A stretch of DNA of 64,000 bases from Bacilli bacterium (lineage in GTDB: Bacteria > Bacillota_I > Bacilli_A > RFN20 > UBA1709): positions 448,001-512,000 of the forward strand of contig JBMNFL010000001.1 of the NCBI GenBank assembly GCA_050949315.1. The letters are read 5' to 3'. The notes below the pieces were generated by a model. That model had not been told where the DNA came from. It saw only the letters and a program-made list of their open reading frames with translations, and did not search any database. Numbering within the stretch: the stretch's first letter is position 1; every line of letters begins with the position of its first letter. Made by a program: the position numbers and the translations under genes. This document shows, one piece after another, positions 27,666 through 36,833 of this stretch.

Positions 27666-28557
27666 ATTTTAGATGCTCTTTGAAGCTCTGGGCTAAAAAA
27701 TCTGTTTGGTCAATGATAGGGGAATGCCCTGAATCTTTAATGACCACGAATTCCAACTGTTTAAAACCTTCCTTATTTTCTAAGGCCATGTAAGAAGGAA
27801 CTGTAATATCCTTTTCACCCCAATAGCTCACAATAGGACAGGTGACCTTAGCAGCTAAACCATTACCAGGATTATAGCCATTATGCTTATCGGACATATT
27901 GAAGTTAGCTAAAGCCCAGTCAACATCTATCAAGCAGCGTTGCTTAAGAGTTTCCGTTAAATAGATGTGACCATCCTCTGGACTTGGTCCTCTACCAGCA
28001 CTATAGATAGCAAAATTCCAAACATTCTCCATTAACTCATAATTTTTAGCCTCAATGGCCGTTTGGACTGGCAAAACCTGAACGGGATCTAGAGCCATCT
28101 CTTCTTTGCTCTTATAGACTTGCCCTAATAAAACTTGACCATTGGCGTCTTTCTTGTAAACAGGATAACCACGATATGACATCGAATTGACTAACAATAC
28201 CTGTTTGACAAGTTTGGGATAAGTGGCCGCTAAATACAGGACCACACCCCCGCCCGCTGACCAGCCAGCAAAGGCGGCCTTCTTAATGGCGAGTTTGTCA
28301 CAAAAGGCTTTGATGTCTTCACCTAATTCTTCAAGACTATCAAAGGGCTTATTGTAGGAACTGTCACCAAGACCGCGAAAATCGGGAGCATAAATTTTGT
28401 AATCATGCTCTAGTTTTTCAATCAAAGGTGTCCAGTGAATAGAAGAAGACATGTTGCCATGGAGCAAGACTAAAACCTTGTCTCCCTTGCCCTCTTCAAG
28501 GTAGGCGATTTTCTCGCCACTAGGAATTTCAACATACTTTTTAATATACTTTTTCAT
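27664..28557 (-). CDS. Alpha/beta hydrolase resembling Bacillus-type intracellular PHB depolymerase (PhaZ)
   Basis: LHGNMSSSIHW, DFRGLGDSSY, GWSAGG, SYRGYP, SGHSP; family assignment is from recall. Confidence 0.7.
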   Translation of the reverse strand: MKKYIKKYVEIPSGEKIAYLEEGKGDKVLVLLHGNMSSSIHWTPLIEKLEHDYKIYAPDFRGLGDSSYNKPFDSLEELGEDIKAFCDKLAIKKAAFAGWSAGGGVVLYLAATYPKLVKQVLLVNSMSYRGYPVYKKDANGQVLLGQVYKSKEEMALDPVQVLPVQTAIEAKNYELMENVWNFAIYSAGRGPSPEDGHIYLTETLKQRCLIDVDWALANFNMSDKHNGYNPGNGLAAKVTCPIVSYWGEKDITVPSYMALENKEGFKQLEFVVIKDSGHSPIIDQTDFLAQSFKEHLK

Positions 28558-28640
28558 ATTTTACCTCCTATTTTTAAACCCCTATTTTCAGGGTTTCTTT
28601 CCCTCATTATACAAACGATTTTCCCTTTTGTTAATAATTT

Positions 28641-31124
28641 TTATTCACTTCTTAAAGCTTCGACCGGATCTTTCTTAGCAGCGGCTCGAGCCGGAATAAT
28701 GCCGGCAATAAGCGTTAAAACAACACTTATAATCACCAAAATCACCGCCCCTTGCCAAGGCAAGGCCGCCACATGGCCAATATCGGCTAAGGCATCAATA
28801 ATGAAATTAACTGGGATGTCTAAAATCACCGTAGCCACCACCCCAAGCAGGCCTGCTGCTAGGCCTTCAATAAAGGTCTCGCAGTTAAAAACCCGAGAAA
28901 TATCGCGCTTGCTGGCCCCAATCGCTCGTAGAATGCCTATCTCTTTAGTTCGCTCCAAAACTGAGATATTGGTAATTATGCCAATCATGATAGAAGAGAC
29001 AATTAAAGAAATGGAAACAAAGGCAATCAGAACATAAGAAATCGCATTGATGATGGTGGAAACTGAAGCCATCAGTAAACCCACATAATCTGTGTACTTG
29101 ATCTGTTCATCTTGTTCATGATTTTGGTTATACTCCTCAATCAAGTCATTGATATTTTCCTTGGCCGCAAAACTGACTGGATAAATATTGATTCTACTTG
29201 GCCTTTCATAGTCCACTTGTCCTAAACTCACAAGGACTAAATTCAAGGCCGTCTCATCTTCAATCGCTTCACCCGTCAACAAATTTTTATTAGGTGAATT
29301 CCTTTGATCAGTAAGTAGCTGCGAGGCGTTGGCATAGTCAATCAAGCGAGTGGATAATTTTGGTGAGTAAGCGATGGCACCGCGCAAAACATTTGAAGAA
29401 GCATCTTCAGCCGGTTTAACAATACCGGAAATCTTTAAATCAAAACCCTTATCAATCAGGACCTGTTTAACAAAGGCGGCATCATCATGTTTATCAACAT
29501 AAGAACCATCAGCCTGTTTTTCATAATAATCAACCGAACTTGCAACTCGATAAGTTAAACCTAAAATATCCTCATATTCATAACTCTCGCTTTCAAAAGG
29601 CGTGGTATCCCCACCTACAGTGCGTATAATTAGTTCATCGATCTCCGAAGCTTCTCTTAAGCCAATCGCATAGAGTAGATAGTCGGCGATACCATTATCT
29701 TTATCCATAACTAAAACCACTTCATTATCGGTTGTGGGCCAAGCTCCCGCCGCTAATTGATACTGCGACTCTAAGAATTCTTGATTTCCTATTAGTTCCT
29801 GCCAAACATCAGCACGCTGCATCATAGAATCAAAAGATGCTAGATAGGGACGAGTGTAAGGACTTAGATTCTCACTAAGAGAATAGGGATTCAAACACTC
29901 AAGTTTAGTTTCATAATTGCTCTTATAAATATTCAAATCAACATCATAAATATATTGGATATCGGTGACTAAAGGCTCAAATTTTTCCTTGTTTTCATCA
30001 AGATAAGTTTTAAAAGTTTTTAAGTCATTCTCACTAAAACTACTAGCCATAGCCGTGATAATCGTGGTTAAAACATCATTAGAATAGACATGCTGATCAT
30101 CTCTTTCTGTTTTATCGGCTTCTTTTAAATTAGCCAAACTATTCAAATCGGTTGAAACCGTTTCAATGGTTATAGGATAAGAAGAAAGCGTCTCCTCTTC
30201 CACACGACTGATATAATTTTGGAAGCCGCTGGAAAGGGAAAGGATTAAGGCGATGCCAATTATGCCAATACTTCCAGCAAAGGCCGTTAGAATCGTTCGA
30301 CCTTTTTTAGTCAACAAATTATTAAGACTAAGCATAAAAGCCGTTTTTAAAGACATCCCCACTCTTTTTTCTTTACCGACTTTGTTTTCGGCTACTAAAC
30401 GCTGATAATTCTTCACCTCTTCTTCTAACATTTGAACTTCTTCCTCATTCAAGGGATTAGAATCGCTTTGAACCTCACCATCTAATAAACGAATGATTCT
30501 AGTCGCATATCGCTTAGCAAGCTCAGGATTATGCGTCACCATAATTACCAGATGATCCTTAGAAATATTCTTAAGAATTTCTAGTACTTGGACACTGGTT
30601 TCCGTATCTAAGGCCCCAGTTGGTTCATCGGCTAAAATGATATGGGGGTTATTGACAATCGCTCGAGCAATCGCCACTCTTTGCATCTGTCCCCCACTCA
30701 ATTGATTGGGTTTTTTATTAATCTGATCAGCTAGACCGACTTTCGTCAAAGCCTCAACTGCCCTTTTACGGCGTTCACCTTTACTAATACCTGATAAAGT
30801 TAAGGATAATTCAACATTGCTTAAAACACTTTGATGAGCGATAAGATTATAAGTTTGAAAAACAAAACCGACACGGTGATTACGGTAGGTATCCCAATCA
30901 TGGTCATTAAATTTTTTGGTAGATTTCCCATCAATGACTAAATCGCCATGACTATACTCATCTAGACCGCCGATAATATTTAGTAGAGTGGTCTTACCAC
31001 AACCACTAGGTCCTAAAATCGCCACAAATTCCTTCTGCCTAAACGCTAGATTAACTCCTTTTAAGGCCCGAACACTTAAATTGCCTGAAATATAGTCCTT
31101 AAAGATGTTTTTTAAGTTAAGCAT
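28641..31124 (-). CDS. MacB/LolD-type ABC transporter, fused ATPase and FtsX-like permease
   Basis: GPSGCGKT, LSGGQ, DEPTGALD, ERTKEIGILRAIGA, DPVEALRSE. Confidence 0.93.
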   Translation of the reverse strand: MLNLKNIFKDYISGNLSVRALKGVNLAFRQKEFVAILGPSGCGKTTLLNIIGGLDEYSHGDLVIDGKSTKKFNDHDWDTYRNHRVGFVFQTYNLIAHQSVLSNVELSLTLSGISKGERRKRAVEALTKVGLADQINKKPNQLSGGQMQRVAIARAIVNNPHIILADEPTGALDTETSVQVLEILKNISKDHLVIMVTHNPELAKRYATRIIRLLDGEVQSDSNPLNEEEVQMLEEEVKNYQRLVAENKVGKEKRVGMSLKTAFMLSLNNLLTKKGRTILTAFAGSIGIIGIALILSLSSGFQNYISRVEEETLSSYPITIETVSTDLNSLANLKEADKTERDDQHVYSNDVLTTIITAMASSFSENDLKTFKTYLDENKEKFEPLVTDIQYIYDVDLNIYKSNYETKLECLNPYSLSENLSPYTRPYLASFDSMMQRADVWQELIGNQEFLESQYQLAAGAWPTTDNEVVLVMDKDNGIADYLLYAIGLREASEIDELIIRTVGGDTTPFESESYEYEDILGLTYRVASSVDYYEKQADGSYVDKHDDAAFVKQVLIDKGFDLKISGIVKPAEDASSNVLRGAIAYSPKLSTRLIDYANASQLLTDQRNSPNKNLLTGEAIEDETALNLVLVSLGQVDYERPSRINIYPVSFAAKENINDLIEEYNQNHEQDEQIKYTDYVGLLMASVSTIINAISYVLIAFVSISLIVSSIMIGIITNISVLERTKEIGILRAIGASKRDISRVFNCETFIEGLAAGLLGVVATVILDIPVNFIIDALADIGHVAALPWQGAVILVIISVVLTLIAGIIPARAAAKKDPVEALRSE

Positions 31125-31201
31125 TTAATCATCCCTTTCTTGTATTTTCCTAAGTTTCAGTATAACACAAGGCAATTTAATTTTGTCAATAATATGCTTT
31201 T

Positions 31202-31225
31202 AAAAAACCGAGAAAAATTCTCGGT
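31202..31225 (-). terminator. Intrinsic terminator of the XRE two-gene operon
   Basis: ACCGAGAA/TTCTCGGT stem followed by T run on the minus strand. Confidence 0.7.
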
Positions 31226-31476
31226 CATAATTTTATTTTAACTATCGTCCCATCTTTGGCCTCAATATCCACTAAAATAAAGCCCTTATAATCGCGAGCA
31301 TGTTTTTTAAGTATCTTTAGAATTTCAAGGCCATTTTTGATTTCAAAACGACTTTTTTTATCTAAATTGGCTTTTTTCTTAGTTAAAATTCTATTTATCA
31401 ATCTTACTGGGACAAGGGGAAGGAAAATCGGAATAGTAATCGCTCGTTTATTACCCTCTTTGATTTTAATTAACAT
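31225..31476 (-). CDS. Small basic hypothetical protein
   Basis: Overlaps upstream XRE gene; ends LVDIEAKDGTIVKI, echoing the partner's C-terminus. Confidence 0.7.
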   Translation of the reverse strand: MLIKIKEGNKRAITIPIFLPLVPVRLINRILTKKKANLDKKSRFEIKNGLEILKILKKHARDYKGFILVDIEAKDGTIVKIKL

Positions 31477-31975
31477 CTTGATCTAAAGTCTCAACATAAA
31501 TTTCGACTTTGTCGCCATCTCCCGTGTCAATATCTACGAGTTTTCCTAACACGCCCTGCTCGATAAGCGTCAATAATTCATCCCAATTTATGAAGGAAGA
31601 GATATCTTTGCCATTGATGCTGGGATCAACACCTTTTTCAATCATCAATCTGACTAAAGTCAAAGGTAGATTGATATTAACCTTATCCCCATCTTCCGAA
31701 AGCACTCTAATCCTTAAAATCATCTTCGCTAAATCTTTTTTACTGGGCTTTTCAATAGAAAGCACCTCCGGCTTCTTTTCTCTCCCTAGTAATTCATCAA
31801 CTGTTGTCCCTAATAATTCGGCAATGCTTAATAATAAGGAGATATCCGGATAGGAATTATCCGTTTCCCATTTAGAAATCGCTTGGGTGGAAAGTCCTAA
31901 TTTCTCAGCTACCTGTTCTTGGGTATAACCCTTTGCCTTTCTTAATTCGGCAAATCTTTGACCAAAAGTTTTCAT
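31466..31975 (-). CDS. XRE-family HTH regulator with C-terminal YvlB/DUF2089-like domain
   Basis: LRKAKGYTQEQVAEKLGLSTQAISKWE...YPD; KVNINLPL...LVDIDTGDGDKVEI. Confidence 0.85.
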   Translation of the reverse strand: MKTFGQRFAELRKAKGYTQEQVAEKLGLSTQAISKWETDNSYPDISLLLSIAELLGTTVDELLGREKKPEVLSIEKPSKKDLAKMILRIRVLSEDGDKVNINLPLTLVRLMIEKGVDPSINGKDISSFINWDELLTLIEQGVLGKLVDIDTGDGDKVEIYVETLDQDVN

Positions 31976-32057
31976 CTTTTTTTCCTCTCTTTCACTAAGA
32001 TTATTAAACAAAATCCCTTAAAAGTTAAGATAATATTAGTTGATATTGATTATTTTT

Positions 32058-32096
32058 TAACAACTATTGGTTGTAAATTCTAACAACTATTGGTTG
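32058..32096. promoter_or_regulatory. Duplicated 16-bp operator TAACAACTATTGGTTG (CAAC-N5-GTTG), 23 bp apart
   Basis: Exact direct repeat at 32058 and 32081 upstream of the XRE gene. Confidence 0.75.
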
Positions 32097-32103
32097 AAAA
32101 ACC

Positions 32104-33018
32104 CTATTTGAAGAGCTTTTTAAATTCCAAAGGCAAAGGAACTTCAAAACGCAGCTTTTTTCGATTTAAAGGGTGCGTTAATTCTAAAACACTGGCATGC
32201 AGACCTAAACGTTTAAAAGGACTCTGACCAGCACCATATTTCTCATCGCCGACAACTGGATGGCCAAGATGCTGCAGCTGAACACGAATCTGATTCTTGC
32301 GACCTGAGGCTAAGCTTAGTTCTAACAAAGAATATGGACCCTTTTCTTTTAAAACACGATAGTGGGTAATCGCCTCGCGACCCTGCTTGCCCTTGCTTAC
32401 AAAAACCACATGGGTTGAAGTCTCCGCTAGATAATTTTTTAAGGTCCCTTCTTTGCTTACTAATGTCCCATTGACCACTGCAAAATAAATTCGCTTGCTT
32501 ACTAATTCATTCCACTTTTTTTGTAATAAATCGCGCACCTGTAAATTTTTAGCAAACAGCATAATTCCTGAAGTATCACGATCTAAACGATGAAGAATAA
32601 AAATTTGATTTTTCGGATTTTCTTTACGAACATAGTTCATTAAAAAGTGATAAGCCGTCTTTTCTTTTTCGCGCTCTGTAGCGATACTAAGCAAGCCACT
32701 CGGCTTATTAATAGCGATAAAATCCTCATCTTCATAAAGGATATCAAAAGGCGTTTTTAGTCCACTGTTCCTACCTTTTCGCATACTTTGCTTGCTAATC
32801 TGCACCAGTTGCTTAGGAACTAAAAGTTGGTCAAATTGGGTAGTCACAACCCCATCAACTAAGACATGATGATTCTTTAAAAGGTTCTTAACAGTATTGC
32901 GCGATTTGTCATTCATTTTCATTAACAAAAACTCTAATAAGGCCTGTTTGTTATTGACCTTAAACTCGGCACTGTAAGTCTTAATTTCGCTTTTTAAAAC
33001 CTTTTCCTTTTGCTTCAT
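32104..33018 (-). CDS. RluA/RluD-family pseudouridine synthase
   Basis: S4-like N-terminus, INKPSG, HRLDRDTSG, GRKNQIR, GDEKYG. Confidence 0.93.
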   Translation of the reverse strand: MKQKEKVLKSEIKTYSAEFKVNNKQALLEFLLMKMNDKSRNTVKNLLKNHHVLVDGVVTTQFDQLLVPKQLVQISKQSMRKGRNSGLKTPFDILYEDEDFIAINKPSGLLSIATEREKEKTAYHFLMNYVRKENPKNQIFILHRLDRDTSGIMLFAKNLQVRDLLQKKWNELVSKRIYFAVVNGTLVSKEGTLKNYLAETSTHVVFVSKGKQGREAITHYRVLKEKGPYSLLELSLASGRKNQIRVQLQHLGHPVVGDEKYGAGQSPFKRLGLHASVLELTHPLNRKKLRFEVPLPLEFKKLFK

Positions 33019-33107
33019 TTTTTCTTTACCTCGGGCTTTATTGTAGCATATTCTTTCCCTTTCTTAAAATTAAGTGTTATAATTTTTTAGGTAAGGAGTG
33101 AGCAGAA

Positions 33108-33512
33108 ATGCGAATTAGAAAATCAGCGGAAGATTATTTAGAAACAATCCTTATTCTCGAGGCACGATTAGGCAATGTTCATGCTATCGATATCGCTAGT
33201 GAAATGAATTTTTCTAAACCCAGTGTCAGTGTGGCCATGAAAAACCTTAAAGAGGCGGGTTTGATAACGATTGATGAAAATGATCATATTAGCCTAACTG
33301 CTTCTGGGCATAAAATCGCCGACGCGGTCTATGAACGCCATGTCCTTTTAACCGATTTCTTTATCCTATTAGGTGTTGATGAAAAACAAGCCGAGGCCGA
33401 TGCCTGTTTAATTGAACACGACTTAAGTAATAAAAGCTTTCAAGCGATAAAAAAACTCTATAATCAATTGATTAAAAACGAAAAAGTTTTAACAAAACAA
33501 AAGGTTAAGTAA
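33108..33512 (+). CDS. DtxR/MntR-family metal-dependent regulator
   Basis: SAEDYLETI, SKPSVS, ERH, DACLIEH. Confidence 0.9.
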   Translation: MRIRKSAEDYLETILILEARLGNVHAIDIASEMNFSKPSVSVAMKNLKEAGLITIDENDHISLTASGHKIADAVYERHVLLTDFFILLGVDEKQAEADACLIEHDLSNKSFQAIKKLYNQLIKNEKVLTKQKVK

Positions 33513-33514
33513 TT

Positions 33515-34207
33515 ATGGATTTTGTCGGTATCGAAAAACTCTCGCTTGTAGATTATGAAGGCAAACTGACCTGCACCTTATTTATGGCAGGTTGTAATTT
33601 TCGTTGTCCTTTTTGCCATAATGCTAGTTTAGTCTTACAAGACTATTCAATAAACCCTATCCCTTTTGAAGAAATTTTAAGTTATCTAAAAAACGCTAAA
33701 GGTAAACTTGAAGCGGTCTGTATCAGTGGTGGCGAACCAACCTTAATGCGGGATTTAAAAGAAAAGATAAGGCCAATAAAAGACTTAGGCTATCTAATTA
33801 AAATTGATACTAATGGCACTAATCCCGAACTTTTAAAAGAACTATATCAGGAAAAATTACTTGATTATGTGGCTTTAGATGTCAAAAACTGTGAGGAAGC
33901 TTATCCTGAAACCATCGGTCACAACTATCAACCCTTTGCTAATATTCAAAAATCCATCGCTTTTCTTATGAACTCCGGTATTGAGTATGAATTTCGCACT
34001 ACCTTAGTTCAAGAATTTCATAGTAGAAAGAAAATTGACGCTCTAGGAAAGATGATTAAAGGCGCCAAAAAACTCTATCTACAAAAATTCGTTGATACTG
34101 GCTCCACCATTAAAAAAGGTCTTAATCCCATTCCTTTAGAAGAAGCGAAAGAGTACCAAAAGATTTTAGAAAAATACATCCAAAAAGTAGAACTAAGAGG
34201 CTATTAA
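33515..34207 (+). CDS. nrdG: Anaerobic ribonucleotide reductase activating radical-SAM enzyme
   Basis: GCNFRCPFCHN, SGGEPT, DTNG, EFRTT; nrdD nearby. Confidence 0.9.
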   Translation: MDFVGIEKLSLVDYEGKLTCTLFMAGCNFRCPFCHNASLVLQDYSINPIPFEEILSYLKNAKGKLEAVCISGGEPTLMRDLKEKIRPIKDLGYLIKIDTNGTNPELLKELYQEKLLDYVALDVKNCEEAYPETIGHNYQPFANIQKSIAFLMNSGIEYEFRTTLVQEFHSRKKIDALGKMIKGAKKLYLQKFVDTGSTIKKGLNPIPLEEAKEYQKILEKYIQKVELRGY

Positions 34208-34244
34208 AAAAGCAAATTAACTATTACTTGGTAATTAAACAAAC

Positions 34245-34274
34245 AAAAAAGTCCCGATTTAATGGGACTATTTT
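34245..34274. terminator. Bidirectional terminator
   Basis: AAAAAAGTCCC...GGGACTATTTT between convergent genes. Confidence 0.75.
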
Positions 34275-34295
34275 ATTAGATGTTTCTTTCACGTT

Positions 34296-35567
34296 CTACG
34301 GTTTTAAACATGTTACAGGGACCACATAAACTCCATCTTTTCTCCGGTACGCAAAGGGAGCTTTGGCGCACAAAACGAGCATAAAGGCTGGTTCTTTCAT
34401 TTTGTTTGTATCGATCTTTGAAGCCAATTCTTTCAAGTTTTTTGCGCCTTCTTCAATCAAACTATCCCCACCTAATTTTATTTCAATTAAGCCATAAGAT
34501 CCGTCTCTTAAGTGAATTACTGCATCACATTCCAAGTTGTTGTTATCTCTATACTGATAAATACTACCGTCTAGGTAGTCTGCATATATTCTTAAATCAC
34601 GGATACACAAATTTTCAAAAATGAGCCCCATGGTATTTAAGTCGTTTAACAAGTCCTTTGGGCCGAGTTGTAAGGCCGCAGCAGCAATTGAAGGATCAAC
34701 AAAATATCTCACATCTGTTGTTCTAATAGCAACTTTTGACCTTAAATTTGGATTCCAAGCCGGTGAATCCTCAATAACAAAGATTTTAATTAATGCATCT
34801 CTATATGAGTAAAGCGTAGCAGGATCAAATGTGCCAGCATGATTAGCCAATACATCTTGCCTAATAGTCTCCAGGGCGGCTCTGGTTCCGACATTTCTAG
34901 CATAGGATTTTAGAAATCTTTTTGCTTTTTCTTTATCTCTTTTCACAGAATCTACCCTGCTTATGTCATTAGAGACAACGGCATCAAAATAGTCTATGGC
35001 TTGAAAAAGAGCCTGTTTCTCGGCTAACCCTACTGCTTTCGGCCAACCTCCCCTGCAAATTAGAAAGGCTATTTTCTCTAAATCGGCATCGCTTTCAGCA
35101 GATATTTCCTTATTTTCGAATAGGTCCCTGATTGCAACTTTGCCGTTTGAATCCTTAGACTCATACAAACTCATTGGTCTCATATAAAGTCTTGAAATCC
35201 TTCCGGTTCCGGTATGCATAGACTCATCTATTTTTGCAGGAACGGCAGAGCCTGTTAAAATGAATTGGCCAAATTCATCTCTCTGATCAACTTCATATCT
35301 AACCGCATTCCATAAATTTGGAGCTATCTGCCACTCGTCTATTAATCTCGGGGTCTTACCTTCCAGTAGTGTTAGCGGAGAAAGTTCAGCCATAGATTGA
35401 TACTGCTTACTCATTTCAGGTTGATCCATCGATATAAAACTACCTGCAATCTCTTTGGCGCTGGTAGTCTTGCCACACCATTTGGGTCCCTCTAGTAAAA
35501 CAGCACCTTTGGCTTCTAATCTTTCACTTAATAATTTATCTATAATCCTTGGTAAATACGTCTTCAT
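34296..35567 (-). CDS. AAA_14 ATPase with DUF4143 (copy 3)
   Basis: GPKWCGKT, LIDEWQ, HTGTGRI, RGGWP, FVDPSIA, ECDA...IEIK. Confidence 0.9.
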   Translation of the reverse strand: MKTYLPRIIDKLLSERLEAKGAVLLEGPKWCGKTTSAKEIAGSFISMDQPEMSKQYQSMAELSPLTLLEGKTPRLIDEWQIAPNLWNAVRYEVDQRDEFGQFILTGSAVPAKIDESMHTGTGRISRLYMRPMSLYESKDSNGKVAIRDLFENKEISAESDADLEKIAFLICRGGWPKAVGLAEKQALFQAIDYFDAVVSNDISRVDSVKRDKEKAKRFLKSYARNVGTRAALETIRQDVLANHAGTFDPATLYSYRDALIKIFVIEDSPAWNPNLRSKVAIRTTDVRYFVDPSIAAAALQLGPKDLLNDLNTMGLIFENLCIRDLRIYADYLDGSIYQYRDNNNLECDAVIHLRDGSYGLIEIKLGGDSLIEEGAKNLKELASKIDTNKMKEPAFMLVLCAKAPFAYRRKDGVYVVPVTCLKP

Positions 35568-35596
35568 AAAGCTCACCTCACTTCTAAGACAAAGAA

Positions 35597-35730
35597 ATTA
35601 TAACATGTTTTCAAGTATTCGTGCAACTTTTATTCAAGTATTATTACAACTTTCATTCCAGTGTTTGAGCCTTTTTCATTCCAGTGTTTGAGCATTTTTC
35701 ATTCCAGCGTTTGAGAAAGCACATTCCAAT
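35597..35730. repeat. 23-bp-period tandem array and promoter upstream of ATPase copy 3
   Basis: TTC(A/C)AG anchors at 35610, 35633, 35656, 35679, 35702 (degenerate sixth at 35724); minus-strand TGnTATAAT at 35605-35597. Confidence 0.9.
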
Positions 35731-35923
35731 AATTCAGCTTTAAAAAACGAGGGGAAGGATTGATGTATTACTTAGAATTATCAAAAAATCCAATCAAAAA
35801 AATCTAAAACAACTTTAAGCAACACAACAATTTTCGAATTTCACGCTTTGTAAAAACTTCGAAACCCTATTCGTTACTATGTTTTTCCTTTTTAATATTA
35901 TTATGACATCCCCTTAGGGAATC

Positions 35924-36829
35924 TTATAAGTTATTAAGGTAATTAACTGCCGCCAAAGCGGCACTGGTGCCATCTGCTAACGCCGTTGTTAACTGCCTTG
36001 TTTTTTTATTACGGCAGTCACCGGCGACAAAAAGACCAGCGACTTCAGTTAAACAGGATTCATCGGCTACAACATAGCCATCTTGATTTAAAGTTAATAG
36101 ATTAGTAAAGGGCTCATTAACGGGAACTTGACCAATACAGACAAAAACAGCAGCAACCTTAAATTCCACTAACTCGGAAGTTTTAGTATTACGAAAAACC
36201 GCCTTTTCAAGTTCTTCTTCCCCTACTAATTTATTTAGAAGAATCTCTTTAGTAATGGTGATATTTGGGCTTGCTAAAACCTTTTCAACTAAGACTTCTT
36301 CGGCGAAAAAACGGTCAAACAGTAGACAAAGATGGACCTTTTTACAAATATTTGCTAAGAGTAAAGCCGACTGTAGAGCACTGTTGGCATCACCGATCAA
36401 ACAGACCTCTTGATCCGCATAAAATGGACCATCGCAGACCGCACAATAAGACAGTCCACGCCCTACCCATCTTTCCTCATCTTCAAGACCAATTTTCTTA
36501 TGTTCCGCCCCAGTTGCCACTATCACAGCCTGAGCTTCATAATCATTAAATTTGCACTTAACTTTAAAGATTTCAGCCTTTTCAATTGCTACCACTTCAT
36601 CTAATTCAAACTCAATACCTAATGCTAAAACCTGCTCAAAGAGACGATTGGCTAAGTCAGCACCGCTCAAAGAAGAAAGGGCAGGATAGTTTTCCACCCG
36701 TGGGGAACTTGCTATCTGCCCACCGATAGTCTCCTTTTCTATCAGCAGTACTCTTTTGCCATTTCTTAAGGCATAAATAGCGGCGCCTAGACCAGCTGGG
36801 CCACCGCCAATTATGATAATGTCGTACAT
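35924..36829 (-). CDS. trxB: Thioredoxin reductase
   Basis: GGGPAG, VENYP, SYCAVCDG, FVAGD. Confidence 0.88.
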   Translation of the reverse strand: MYDIIIIGGGPAGLGAAIYALRNGKRVLLIEKETIGGQIASSPRVENYPALSSLSGADLANRLFEQVLALGIEFELDEVVAIEKAEIFKVKCKFNDYEAQAVIVATGAEHKKIGLEDEERWVGRGLSYCAVCDGPFYADQEVCLIGDANSALQSALLLANICKKVHLCLLFDRFFAEEVLVEKVLASPNITITKEILLNKLVGEEELEKAVFRNTKTSELVEFKVAAVFVCIGQVPVNEPFTNLLTLNQDGYVVADESCLTEVAGLFVAGDCRNKKTRQLTTALADGTSAALAAVNYLNNL

Positions 36830-36833
36830 TTTA

